Below are positions 8,299 to 16,992 of a DNA stretch of 64,000 nt, in pieces. The stretch's first letter is position 1, and each line of letters begins with the position of its first letter. A program made the translations under genes and the position numbers. The notes beneath the pieces were generated by a model. It saw nothing but the letters and a program-made list of their open reading frames with translations. It was not told the origin of the DNA and made no database searches. Source of the DNA: Vicinamibacterales bacterium (GTDB taxonomy: Bacteria > Acidobacteriota > Vicinamibacteria > Vicinamibacterales > UBA8438); contig CBDEVO010000003.1 of NCBI GenBank assembly GCA_965243615.1, positions 3,347,141 through 3,411,140 of the forward strand, given 5' to 3'.

Positions 8299-11200
8299 GT
8301 GGAGCCAGAGCTGAGAGCACTCGGACAGGTCGCATTCCGTACGGCGTATGCCGGCAACGACATCTGGCGCGACGGCGTCATCCATGTCGACGGCATTCAC
8401 TCGTGGGCGTTCGACCGGGTCCTGGAGACGCTCGACCGAGTGCGCGACGGCGCCCCGGTCGGCAACCTGGTCATCCAGGGGCGGCCGGGAATCGGCAAGT
8501 CGCACTTCCTGGGCCGCGTCCGACACGCGGTGGTCGAGCGGGGTCAGGTCTTCGTCCTCTTCCAGCCCAGTACCGCGCGCCGGTTCTGGGACAGTCTGGC
8601 CCTTGCCTACCTGGATGCTCTGCATCGGAAGGCAGGCGTAGCGGGTGGGACCCAGTTGAGTGCCGTCCTCCAGGGTTTGGGCGCGGCGATTGGGCTGCAG
8701 GAAACGGAGATCGAGGACCTCGCGGCGGGAACGTTCGACGTCTCGCATCTGAAGGACGTTCGCCGAAGCCTTCGACTGCACCTCGGTCGCCGGCCCGCGG
8801 ACCAGGTCGCCGTCGACGTGGCCCTCGCGCTCATTCTGACCAACAGCGAAGATGCTGCCCACCAGGACATCGGAGATGCCCTGACGCAAGGGCTGGAAAT
8901 CGATGCCGACAAGGCACGCGCGCACGCCATTCGCGCGAGGCGGATTCCGTGCCGGGAGGTCGTCAGCGCATTCGACCGGCTCGTGGGCGCCTCCGGGCGT
9001 ACGACCCTTGTCGCGGTCGATCAGCTCGACGGACTGGTCGCGCTCTCACGGTCGCTTGCCGGCGCCGAGCAGCACTTGTTGCTCGACCAAATGGCTACCG
9101 GCCTGATGGATCTTGCGGAGGACGTGCAGCATTCACTGGTCGTCGTGTCATGCTTGAACGACAGTTGGACGCTGTTCCGCGAGCGGTCCGTGGCGACCGC
9201 CCACGATCGGTATCCGGCGGTCATCTATCTTCGCGAGATCCCCTCGGCGGCCGTCGGGGCGGCGCTGATCGCCGCCTATCTCCGAGTGGCCCACACCCGC
9301 GCCGGGTTCACGCCCCCGTATCCGACCTGGCCGGTGTGGTCGACCGCCTTCGTCGACGCGTCCCTGTTCTCCCCGCGCAGCCTGATCAACCTGGTCCAGG
9401 ACCACTGCGCTCGCTGTCGGGAACGCGGTCGGGTCGCCGAGTTGGAGCAGTTGGTGGCCGAGCGCCCGCCACCGCCGCCTCCGCCGCCCCTGGCGCAGAG
9501 TGATGTTATCGATGAGCGATTCAGCCGGTTGCTTCAGGAGGCGGAAGTCGCCGCCGCCCTCGACGAGAAGATGGTGGACTATGGCCTGCCGCCGCTGCTG
9601 CGTGCCGGCCTGACGGCGTGGGCGGAAGAGAACGCCGCGGCGGGCGAATTCTCGGTGGATCCGCCGCTCGGTAGGAATGCCTCGCTGCATGCGCGGCTGC
9701 GGTGGGTGGTCGACGCGGACACGGACGATGAAGTGCACTGGTCGTTCCGGGCGGTCCTGAACGCCAGCCCGGCGGCGGCCTTGAACCGGCTGCGAGCCGC
9801 AGTGACCTCGTCGGGGCTCGAGCTGTCGGGGGAGCGGCGGCGGCTCTTCGTCCTTCGCAACTCGGCGTGGTCCCGGGGCCGGTTGACGCAGCAGGCGCTC
9901 GATGAGCTGGGGGCGCGCGGCGGCACCCTCATGACGCTGCCGGAGGCCGACCTCAAGGTGTTCCGGGCCTTGCAGCAGCTCCTCGAAGAGAAGCCGCCGG
10001 GCCTCGTCGCCTGGCTCAGGACGCACCGTCACGCGAGCCGGACTGCACTGCTCGCGTCCCTGAGTTCCGAGCCCGCCGTCTCGGCCGCGCCGGCCGAAGC
10101 CGGTCCGCCGCCCGAAGCTGCTTCACCGCCAAGGGCCGCGGATGTGGCCGGGATTGGTGAGCCGGCCGGAGCCGCCGCACCGCCGACCGCTACCGAGCCG
10201 GCCAAGGCCGTCGCGCCGCCCAAGTCCGCCGAACCACCCAAGACCACGGAACCGCCCAAGACCGCGGAACCGCCCAAGACCGCGGAGTCGGTCAAGGCTG
10301 CCGAACCGCCCGTGACTGGCGCACCCTCTGAGACTGCAACATCGAAGGCCGCCAGCGTGCCCCGCGAAGCTGACGAGGACTCCATTCTCATCGGCATCGC
10401 GGAAGGCACGCGGCAACCCGTGACCATGCCGCTCGAGGACCTGCGGCGCCACACGGTGATCTTCGCGGGCTCCGGCTCCGGCAAGACCGTGCTCATCCGC
10501 CGCCTCATCGAGGAGTGCGCGCTGAAGGGCGTCTCGGCCGTGGTGCTCGATCCGAACAACGACCTCGCGCGCCTCGGTCTGCCCTGGCCCGAGCCTCCTC
10601 GAGACTGGCACGACGGCGATGCGGGCAGGGCAGAGACCTACCTTCGCGATACCGAGGTCGTCGTGTGGACGCCGCGGCTGACGACGGGACGCCCGCTCTC
10701 GTTCGCACCACTGGCCGGCCTGGGCGACGTGGCGGGCGATCCCGACGAGTTCGGGATGGTGCTCGACAATGCCGTCGCCTCGCTCGTCCCTCGCGCGGGC
10801 CTGCCCGCGTCCGGCGCGCGACAGACCCAGGGCCGAGCCGTACTGAAGGAGGCCCTGGCTGCCTACGTGCAGCGCGGCGGCGGAGACCTCACGGGATTCC
10901 TCGGCTACCTGTCTGCGTTGCCGGAGGGCGTCAGCCGGCTCGCCAGCGGCGGGAAGCTCGCGGCAGACATCGCCCAGACGCTGCTCGCCGAGACCGTGAA
11001 CGATCCCATGCTGGGCGGCACCGGCGATGCCGTCGATCCATCGGCCCTTCTCCAGCCGAAGGGAGGCCGACGTGCCCGCATCTCCGTCATCAGCCTCGTC
11101 GGGCTGCCGAACGATGAGCAGCGACAGCATTTCGTCAATCAGCTCCAGATGGCCCTCTTCGCCTGGGTGAAGAAGCACCCTGCCGGAGACCGGCCGCTGG

Positions 11201-11649
11201 GCGGCCTGTTCGTCATGGACGAAGCGCAGACGTTCGCGCCGTCAACAGGCCGTACGGCGACCACGGACAGCACGCTCGCCCTGGCCTCCCAGGCACGGAA
11301 GTACGGCCTCGGCCTGGTCTTCGCCACTCAGGCGCCGAAGGGGCTCCACAACCGGATCCCCGGCAACGCGACGACGCAGTTCTTTGGCCTGCTCAATGCC
11401 CCGGCGCAGATCGCGGCCGCCCAGGAAATGGCCGCTCAGAAAGGCGGCGACGCGCGGGGCATCGCTCGCTTGCGTCCCGGGGAGTTCTTCGTGGGAAGCG
11501 ACATGGTGCCGTTTCAACGGGTGCGCAGTCCCATGTGCCTGAGCCACCATCCACCGAGTCCCATGACCCAGGAAGAGATCCTGGAGTTGGCACGCGTCGG
11601 GCGTCCCCGCGCAATGCCTGTCGCAACGCCGGCCGGCGCCGGGACCTGA
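8299..11649 (+). CDS. Double P-loop ATPase: N-terminal AAA-like domain plus C-terminal HerA/FtsK (DUF87-like) domain
   Basis: First Walker A GRPGIGKS with Walker B-like LVAVDQLD; second Walker A AGSGSGKT, VVLDPNNDL, Walker B FVMDEAQ and QARKYGLGLVFATQ (HerA family); Pro/Ala/Lys-rich linker between the domains. Confidence 0.88.
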   Translation: MEPELRALGQVAFRTAYAGNDIWRDGVIHVDGIHSWAFDRVLETLDRVRDGAPVGNLVIQGRPGIGKSHFLGRVRHAVVERGQVFVLFQPSTARRFWDSLALAYLDALHRKAGVAGGTQLSAVLQGLGAAIGLQETEIEDLAAGTFDVSHLKDVRRSLRLHLGRRPADQVAVDVALALILTNSEDAAHQDIGDALTQGLEIDADKARAHAIRARRIPCREVVSAFDRLVGASGRTTLVAVDQLDGLVALSRSLAGAEQHLLLDQMATGLMDLAEDVQHSLVVVSCLNDSWTLFRERSVATAHDRYPAVIYLREIPSAAVGAALIAAYLRVAHTRAGFTPPYPTWPVWSTAFVDASLFSPRSLINLVQDHCARCRERGRVAELEQLVAERPPPPPPPPLAQSDVIDERFSRLLQEAEVAAALDEKMVDYGLPPLLRAGLTAWAEENAAAGEFSVDPPLGRNASLHARLRWVVDADTDDEVHWSFRAVLNASPAAALNRLRAAVTSSGLELSGERRRLFVLRNSAWSRGRLTQQALDELGARGGTLMTLPEADLKVFRALQQLLEEKPPGLVAWLRTHRHASRTALLASLSSEPAVSAAPAEAGPPPEAASPPRAADVAGIGEPAGAAAPPTATEPAKAVAPPKSAEPPKTTEPPKTAEPPKTAESVKAAEPPVTGAPSETATSKAASVPREADEDSILIGIAEGTRQPVTMPLEDLRRHTVIFAGSGSGKTVLIRRLIEECALKGVSAVVLDPNNDLARLGLPWPEPPRDWHDGDAGRAETYLRDTEVVVWTPRLTTGRPLSFAPLAGLGDVAGDPDEFGMVLDNAVASLVPRAGLPASGARQTQGRAVLKEALAAYVQRGGGDLTGFLGYLSALPEGVSRLASGGKLAADIAQTLLAETVNDPMLGGTGDAVDPSALLQPKGGRRARISVISLVGLPNDEQRQHFVNQLQMALFAWVKKHPAGDRPLGGLFVMDEAQTFAPSTGRTATTDSTLALASQARKYGLGLVFATQAPKGLHNRIPGNATTQFFGLLNAPAQIAAAQEMAAQKGGDARGIARLRPGEFFVGSDMVPFQRVRSPMCLSHHPPSPMTQEEILELARVGRPRAMPVATPAGAGT
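10198..10305 (+). repeat. In-frame 18-bp tandem repeat, about 6 imperfect units encoding PPKTAE-like hexapeptides
   Basis: Units include ccgcccaagtccgccgaa, ccacccaagaccacggaa, ccgcccaagaccgcggaa, ccgcccaagaccgcggag. Confidence 0.9.
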
Positions 11650-11680
11650 CGGGGTTGGCCTTCGACTCAGATCGGGAGCT

Positions 11681-12103
11681 TCAGATTCTCAGCAGCGGGT
11701 AGTCGGGTATCCGCGGCGTCAGCGTGCGGTTCGTGCAGTCGGCGATCAGGTCGAGGGTCTTGAGGATGATCTGGCCGATCAGGACCTCGCCCGACGGCGG
11801 GCCGACCACGCAGTCGGTGCGCGTCGATCGGCCGCAGATGCGCACCGTCACCGGACCCGCGACGGGGCGTTCCTCCTTGCGATTGTCGGCGTAGGTGACA
11901 ACCACGGTGTCCTGGACCCGCAACCCGAGTCGCTCGACGATGTTCTGCGGAAGCACGAGCATCATCGCCCCGGTGTCGACGACGCCCTGCACGCGAGCGC
12001 GCCGAACGGTGGATTGCTCGCCGAGCCCCCGCTCGAGAAGCTCGTGATCGACCGGGTTCTCCAACTCGAAGTCGACTGATATCTCTCCCATGTCCGCTGT
12101 CAT
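11681..12103 (-). CDS. Clan AA (retropepsin-like) aspartyl protease
   Basis: 140 aa with VDTGAMMLVLP and VLIGQIILKTLDL. ATGA overlap with the upstream dehydrogenase stop; GGAGGG RBS about 9 nt upstream. Confidence 0.85.
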   Translation of the reverse strand: MTADMGEISVDFELENPVDHELLERGLGEQSTVRRARVQGVVDTGAMMLVLPQNIVERLGLRVQDTVVVTYADNRKEERPVAGPVTVRICGRSTRTDCVVGPPSGEVLIGQIILKTLDLIADCTNRTLTPRIPDYPLLRI

Positions 12104-14166
12104 TGCAAGATTCCCTCCGGCAGCCGGAACGAGATGAGCCCCGGCACCTCGCCGCCGACGGTCAGAGCGATGTGCTGCACGCCGTCGAGCAGGTAGGTCA
12201 TGGGCGCGCCGAGGGCGCCGGCCGGCAGGTCGATCGAGGCGATCTCTGCCCCGGTCGCCTTGTCGGAGGCCACGAGCCGCGGCCCGCCGTCGCTGCCGCC
12301 CGCGGTCAGCGCGTAGATCAGCAGCGTCTTGGTCAGCAGGGGGCCGCTGCGGCTGGCGTCCCCGCCGACCGGCGGCAGGTCGAGGTCGCGCAGCATGGGG
12401 TGGTTGCGGATGCGGTCGCCGTCGCCGGTGGGGACCATCCACGCGTGCTCGCCGGTGTTCATGTCGATGGCGGTCATGCGGGTGTAGGGCGGCTTCCACA
12501 GGGGCAGCCCGCGCGGCATGACGGGGCCGGCCGAGACCGAGCGGCGGATGTAGCGCAGCGTCGACTGCTCGTGCGGCTCGGGCTCGGTGAGCTGGATGGT
12601 CGAGTGGCCGTTGGTCGACGGCACGTACAGGTAGCCGGTCTCGGGGTCGACGGCCGCCCCCGACCAGCTCGCGCCGCCGCCCACGGGGGGCCGCATGATG
12701 GTGCCGCGCAGGGTCTGGGGCGTGTAGAGGGGGCCGAGCCGGAAGCCGTCGACCGCGTCGACGGCCATCTGCCGGATCTCGGGCGTGAAGTCGACGAGGT
12801 CGTCGATCGAGGTGCCCTGGTACTCGAACGCGGCGGGCCGGGTGGGGAAGGGCTGCGTGGGCGACATCACCTCGCCCTCGAGGTCGGTGTCGGTGGCCAC
12901 CGGCAGCTCCTCGATGGGCCACAACGGCTCGCCGGTCACCCGGTCGAAGACGTAGACGAAGCCCTGCTTGCTGACCTGGGCCACCGCCTTGATCTCGCGC
13001 CCGTCGACGGTGATGTCGAGCAGGTTCGGGGCGGCCGGCAGGTCGTAGTCCCACAGCCCGTGGTGGATGGTCTGGAAGTGCCACTGCCGCTGGCCGGTCT
13101 CGACGTCGACGGCGACGATGCTCTCGGCGAAGAGTTTGTCGCCGGGCCGGTGGCCGCCGTAGTAGTCGTTGGTCGGGGTGCCGACGGGCAGGTAGACCCA
13201 GCCGAGCTCCTCGTCGCCGCTCATCATCGACCAGATGTTGGTGTTGCCGCTGTAGCGCCACGACTCGTTCAGCCAGGTGTCCGACCCGAACTCGTCGGCG
13301 CTCTGGGGCACGGTGTGGAAGTCCCACCGGTGCCGCCCGGTCCGGATGTCGTAGGCGCGGGCGAAGCCGGGGGTGGCCTCGCGGGTGATGGTGCGGTCGT
13401 TGATGGTCGAGCCGACGACGATGGTGTCGCGGATGATCATCGGCGGCGACTGCGACGAGAGGGGCAGCAGGTTCAGGACGTCGCGCTCGCCGCGGGTCGC
13501 GCGCGGCACGCCGTCGGTGAGGTCGACGCGCCCGTTCTCGCCGAAGTCCGGGTCGGGCAGCCCGGTCTTGGCGTCGACGGCGACGAGGAAGCCGTCGCCG
13601 GTGGCCCACACGATGCGGGCGTCGCCCTCGTTCTCCCAGTACGCCACGCCGCGGTGGCGCCACTGCGCGATGGCCGGCATGCCCGACTCGTAGGCGCGGG
13701 GGTCGTGCACCCACAGGGTCTCGCCGGTGCGCGCGTCGATGGCCGCGGCCCGGTACAGGGGCGTGCTGAGATAGAGGACCCCGTCGACCATGAGGGGCGT
13801 CGCCACCAGCGAGCGGATGGTCGGCCGGACCCTCGTCTGCCGTACCCCGTCCCACGCCGTCCACAGGTCGGGCTCGTCCGCCTGCAGGATGCCGAAGAGG
13901 GTGTCGGCCGCAACCAGCGAGTCACCGCCGGGACCGGAGCGGACGAGGTGGGCGTCGACCGACGTCCAGTGCCAGCGCACCTCGAGATCGGCGAAGTTCC
14001 CGGCCGTGATCTGGTCGAGCGGCGAGTACTTCGTGCTGCCGCTGTCGCCGGCGTAGCTGCGCCACTCGCCGCCGGCGGGCGCCCCGTACTGCGCTTCGGC
14101 GGGGCTCGCAGCCAGGCACACGGCCATCGCGAGCGCCCCGGTCGTCAGTGCGCCGATCCATCGCAT
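12100..14166 (-). CDS. PQQ-dependent dehydrogenase, quinoprotein glucose dehydrogenase-like
   Basis: Signal peptide, EWRSYAGDSGSTKYSPLDQIT, ATPLMVDGVLY, WHFQTIHHGLWDYDLPAAP, KPPYTRMTAIDMNTGEHAW. Confidence 0.92.
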   Translation of the reverse strand: MRWIGALTTGALAMAVCLAASPAEAQYGAPAGGEWRSYAGDSGSTKYSPLDQITAGNFADLEVRWHWTSVDAHLVRSGPGGDSLVAADTLFGILQADEPDLWTAWDGVRQTRVRPTIRSLVATPLMVDGVLYLSTPLYRAAAIDARTGETLWVHDPRAYESGMPAIAQWRHRGVAYWENEGDARIVWATGDGFLVAVDAKTGLPDPDFGENGRVDLTDGVPRATRGERDVLNLLPLSSQSPPMIIRDTIVVGSTINDRTITREATPGFARAYDIRTGRHRWDFHTVPQSADEFGSDTWLNESWRYSGNTNIWSMMSGDEELGWVYLPVGTPTNDYYGGHRPGDKLFAESIVAVDVETGQRQWHFQTIHHGLWDYDLPAAPNLLDITVDGREIKAVAQVSKQGFVYVFDRVTGEPLWPIEELPVATDTDLEGEVMSPTQPFPTRPAAFEYQGTSIDDLVDFTPEIRQMAVDAVDGFRLGPLYTPQTLRGTIMRPPVGGGASWSGAAVDPETGYLYVPSTNGHSTIQLTEPEPHEQSTLRYIRRSVSAGPVMPRGLPLWKPPYTRMTAIDMNTGEHAWMVPTGDGDRIRNHPMLRDLDLPPVGGDASRSGPLLTKTLLIYALTAGGSDGGPRLVASDKATGAEIASIDLPAGALGAPMTYLLDGVQHIALTVGGEVPGLISFRLPEGILQ

Positions 14167-14199
14167 GGTGCATACCTCGGGGTTTCTGTTCGGTCGACT

Positions 14200-14217
14200 T
14201 GTACCCTATTCTGTACC
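14200..14217 (+). promoter_or_regulatory. YefM-type operator (two TGTACC hexamers 12 bp apart) overlapping a -10 box TATTCT
   Basis: TGTACC at 14200-14205 and 14212-14217; TATTCT at 14207-14212. E. coli yefM-yoeB uses paired TGTACA cores at 12-bp spacing. Confidence 0.6.
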
Positions 14218-14239
14218 GACGCTCGGCAGAGACGAAGTC

Positions 14240-14485
14240 ATGGACACGATCACGTACTCGGCTGCTCGGGCAAACCTCGCGAAGACGATGGATCGGGTCT
14301 GCGACGATCACACCCCGGTCATCATCACGCGCAGGAACGGCGGGGCCGTCGTCATGCTGTCGTTGCGCGACTACGAGGGACTCGAGGAAACGGCCTACCT
14401 GCTGAGGAGTCCTGCGAACGCGCGACGTCTGCGGGAGTCGCTCGAAGAGCTGGAGGCCGGTTACGACGACCGACGGGGTCACTGA
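14240..14485 (+). CDS. yefM: Phd/YefM family antitoxin, orphan (no toxin downstream)
   Basis: MDTITYSAARANLAKTMDRVCDDHTPVIITR...SLRDYEGLEETAYLLRSPANARRL. Confidence 0.92.
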   Translation: MDTITYSAARANLAKTMDRVCDDHTPVIITRRNGGAVVMLSLRDYEGLEETAYLLRSPANARRLRESLEELEAGYDDRRGH

Positions 14486-14524
14486 ACGCCGTCGTTGCGC
14501 GCACCGTAATCGGAGGGGGAGACG

Positions 14525-15475
14525 ATGACTCGTGGTTGGCCGGCGGTGGGACTGCTCGGCGCCCTGCTCGTGTGGCCGGCCGGGCCGGCGGCGGCCCAGA
14601 CAGCGGACACGCCGCGCACGCCCTGGGGGGCTCCCGATCTCGGGGGCGTGTGGGACTACCGCTCCGCCACGCCGATGGCGCGGCCGGACGAATACGGCGA
14701 CCGGGCGGTGATGACCGAGGAGGAGGCGGCGGCCCTCGCGCGCCGGTCGGCCGACCTGTTCGAGTCGATCGACAACGGGGAGACCGTGCCCGGCCACGAG
14801 ATACACACCCGGGTCTTCCTCGAGTTTGGCACCGAACCCGTTCCGGACCGGCGCACCTCGCTCATCGTCGACCCGCCGAGCGGCCGCCATCCGCCCACCG
14901 TGGACGGCGCGGATGAGCGACGCGCCGCCGTCGCCGGCTCGTTCGGCCCCGGGCCCTTCGACTCGTGGGAGGACCTGAACCTGATGGACCGCTGCCTCGG
15001 CACCATCGGCTTCCCCATCGTGCCCGGCCCCTACAACAACAACGTGCAGGTCTTCCAGACCCCCGACCACGTCGCCATCCTCGCCGAGAGCATGCACTTC
15101 GTGCGCATCGTCCCCCTCGACGAGAGCCCCCGCAGCGGCCTTCCCCAGTTCGGCGGCAACGGCCGCGGCCGCTGGGAGGGGGACACGCTGGTCGTCGAGT
15201 CGATGCACTTCGACGGCGAGCTGACGATGATCGGCAGCGAGCCGCGCCGCCTCGTCGAGCGCTTCACCCGCGAGGGCGACATCCTCCAGTACGAGTTCAC
15301 GGTCGAGGCCCCGGACATCTGGGAGGCCCCGTGGACGGCCCGGGTGCCGTTGCGGAAGACGGAGGGGCCGGTGTTCGAGTACGCCTGCCACGAGGGCAAC
15401 TACGGCCTCGTGAACATCCTCTCGGCCGCGCGGGCCGAGGAGCGGGCGGCGGCCGAGGCTTCGGACCCGCGATAG
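14525..15475 (+). CDS. Secreted hypothetical protein, TPWGxPDL...EYACHEGN family, paralog 1
   Basis: GGAGG RBS and signal peptide; motifs shared with 34643-35545 and 51326-52300. Confidence 0.85.
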   Translation: MTRGWPAVGLLGALLVWPAGPAAAQTADTPRTPWGAPDLGGVWDYRSATPMARPDEYGDRAVMTEEEAAALARRSADLFESIDNGETVPGHEIHTRVFLEFGTEPVPDRRTSLIVDPPSGRHPPTVDGADERRAAVAGSFGPGPFDSWEDLNLMDRCLGTIGFPIVPGPYNNNVQVFQTPDHVAILAESMHFVRIVPLDESPRSGLPQFGGNGRGRWEGDTLVVESMHFDGELTMIGSEPRRLVERFTREGDILQYEFTVEAPDIWEAPWTARVPLRKTEGPVFEYACHEGNYGLVNILSAARAEERAAAEASDPR

Positions 15476-15494
15476 GCTATTCCCGCGTTCCCGA

Positions 15495-15596
15495 CCTGCA
15501 CGGCGGGTGTGTCGCCGGGGCGGCCGGAGAGTCGAGGCATCGCCCGGTCAGCGGGCACGCGGAGCCGTCTCGGCGACACGCGCCACGGTGTGCAGG
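15495..15596 (+). other. Long imperfect inverted repeat (stem-loop) overlapping the RBS of the DUF433 gene
   Basis: cctgcac/gtgcagg and gtgtcgccg/cggcgacac arms; AGGAGGA at 15594-15600. Confidence 0.6.
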
Positions 15597-15600
15597 AGGA

Positions 15601-15843
15601 ATGAACATGGACACCGATCTCATCCGGTCGGACCCCGCCGTACTGATGGGCAAACCGGTCGTCGCAGGAACGCGCATCACCGTCGAGCTGATTCTGGAGA
15701 AGCTCGCGGCCGGCGAGACATTCGACCAGATACTCGAGGCGCATCCGCGCCTGACCGGTGATGGGATCCAAGCTGCTCTGAGGTTCGCGGCCAGCGCCTT
15801 GCGAGCCGATGTGGTCTATCCCACCGCGGGACCGGACGCGTGA
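15601..15843 (+). CDS. DUF433 family antitoxin
   Basis: IRSDPAVLMGKPVVAGTRITVELILEKLAAGETFDQILEAHP; GTGA overlap with the downstream PIN gene. Confidence 0.92.
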   Translation: MNMDTDLIRSDPAVLMGKPVVAGTRITVELILEKLAAGETFDQILEAHPRLTGDGIQAALRFAASALRADVVYPTAGPDA

Positions 15844-16202
15844 ATCTCCTGGCGGACGAGAGCGTGGACGGGGTCGTCGTCGATCGCCTTCGTGCGGACG
15901 GTCATGCGGTACTGTATGTCGCCGAGATGGATCCGGGTATCGACGACGACACGGTGCTGCAGCGGGCAACACGGAACGGCGCGTTGCTGCTGACCGGCGA
16001 TCGGGATTTCGGCGAGCTCGTCTTCCGTTTGCAGCGGGTACACGCAGGTGTCGTGCTCATCCGGTTGGCCGGTCTGCCCGCCGCGGCAAAGGGCGACACT
16101 GTGTCGCGCGTGCTTGCTGACCGCGGTGACGAAATGCGTGCCGCGTTCAGCGTCATCTCGCCTGGGAGAGTACGTATTCGTCGATCCGTGATCTCGACGT
16201 AG
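15840..16202 (+). CDS. DUF5615 family PIN-like toxin
   Basis: MNLLADESVD...IDDDTVLQRA...LLTGDRDFGELVF; canonical DUF433-DUF5615 pair. Confidence 0.9.
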   Translation: MNLLADESVDGVVVDRLRADGHAVLYVAEMDPGIDDDTVLQRATRNGALLLTGDRDFGELVFRLQRVHAGVVLIRLAGLPAAAKGDTVSRVLADRGDEMRAAFSVISPGRVRIRRSVIST

Positions 16203-16204
16203 TC

Positions 16205-16762
16205 TCAATCGTCGTACGAGACCCGGGTCAACGAGCGCTCGTACCAGCCGTCTCCGACCGGGTCGAACGTGTTCATCTCCATCAGCTCGCCGCCGAAGAC
16301 GTGAAGCGTCACGCACGGCTGGTCGGTGAGGTCGTTCGTCAGCGAGTGGTACTCGAAGGGCGGGATCAGGAAGTTGGCGTCGCCGGCGACGACCCGGTGC
16401 GACTCCACCGGGGCGAACCGGCAACGATGGGCCTCCTCCTTGAGCGGGGCGTACTGCGTCACGTCCAGCTCGCCCTCCAGGACCCCCTCGACGCTCCACA
16501 GGTTGGGGTGGTCGTGAATCGGGGTTCCCTGGCCGGGAGCCCAGGCGATCACGAGGACCGTGTAGCGGCGAGCCGGGTCGCGGTGCAGCAGCCGCCTCGC
16601 GTAGTGGTCTGGGTGGGTGCGCCGGAAACGCTCGTCGAGTTGGAGCCGCCCGGGCGCGTTCTCGATCTCGTGCTGCACGGCCAGGGTCACGGCCTCGACG
16701 TCCCCGACGCTGACGGCGGCGTCGAGCCGCCGCACGAACTCGTCTGCTTCCATGACGCTCAT
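16205..16762 (-). CDS. Cysteine dioxygenase-family cupin
   Basis: YARRLLH, WAPGQGTPIHDH, EYHSL, TLHVF; GGAGG RBS upstream. Only the C-terminal part of track ORF 16205-18340 is real. Confidence 0.82.
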   Translation of the reverse strand: MSVMEADEFVRRLDAAVSVGDVEAVTLAVQHEIENAPGRLQLDERFRRTHPDHYARRLLHRDPARRYTVLVIAWAPGQGTPIHDHPNLWSVEGVLEGELDVTQYAPLKEEAHRCRFAPVESHRVVAGDANFLIPPFEYHSLTNDLTDQPCVTLHVFGGELMEMNTFDPVGDGWYERSLTRVSYDD

Positions 16763-16922
16763 CGCCGACCTCCGTCGAGTGTCGCGGAGCCGCTCGGCCG
16801 GCCGGGTCCGGCGTGGAGCTCGGCACCGCGGATTCATCTGGCAGTCTAACCGACGGGGAGGCCTGCGGGGAGACGAGGCTGCGCGGCAGGCCGTCCGCGT
16901 GGCGATGGCACCCCGGAAGTGC

Positions 16923-16964
16923 CGGCGGGCCGGGGCGTGCTGACACCCGTGACCCGGCCCGCCG
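16923..16964 (-). terminator. GC-rich hairpin downstream of the hydrolase gene, possible terminator
   Basis: Perfect 12-bp arms cggcgggccggg and cccggcccgccg with an 18-nt loop; no clear U-tract. Confidence 0.4.
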
Positions 16965-16992
16965 AATCGTCGCTTCGCCGCTCGACCCGCGG

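Noticed and set aside
11681-13864. 727-aa minus-strand ORF
   Set aside because: Only the last 140 codons (aspartyl protease) are real; the rest is an alternative frame of the PQQ gene.
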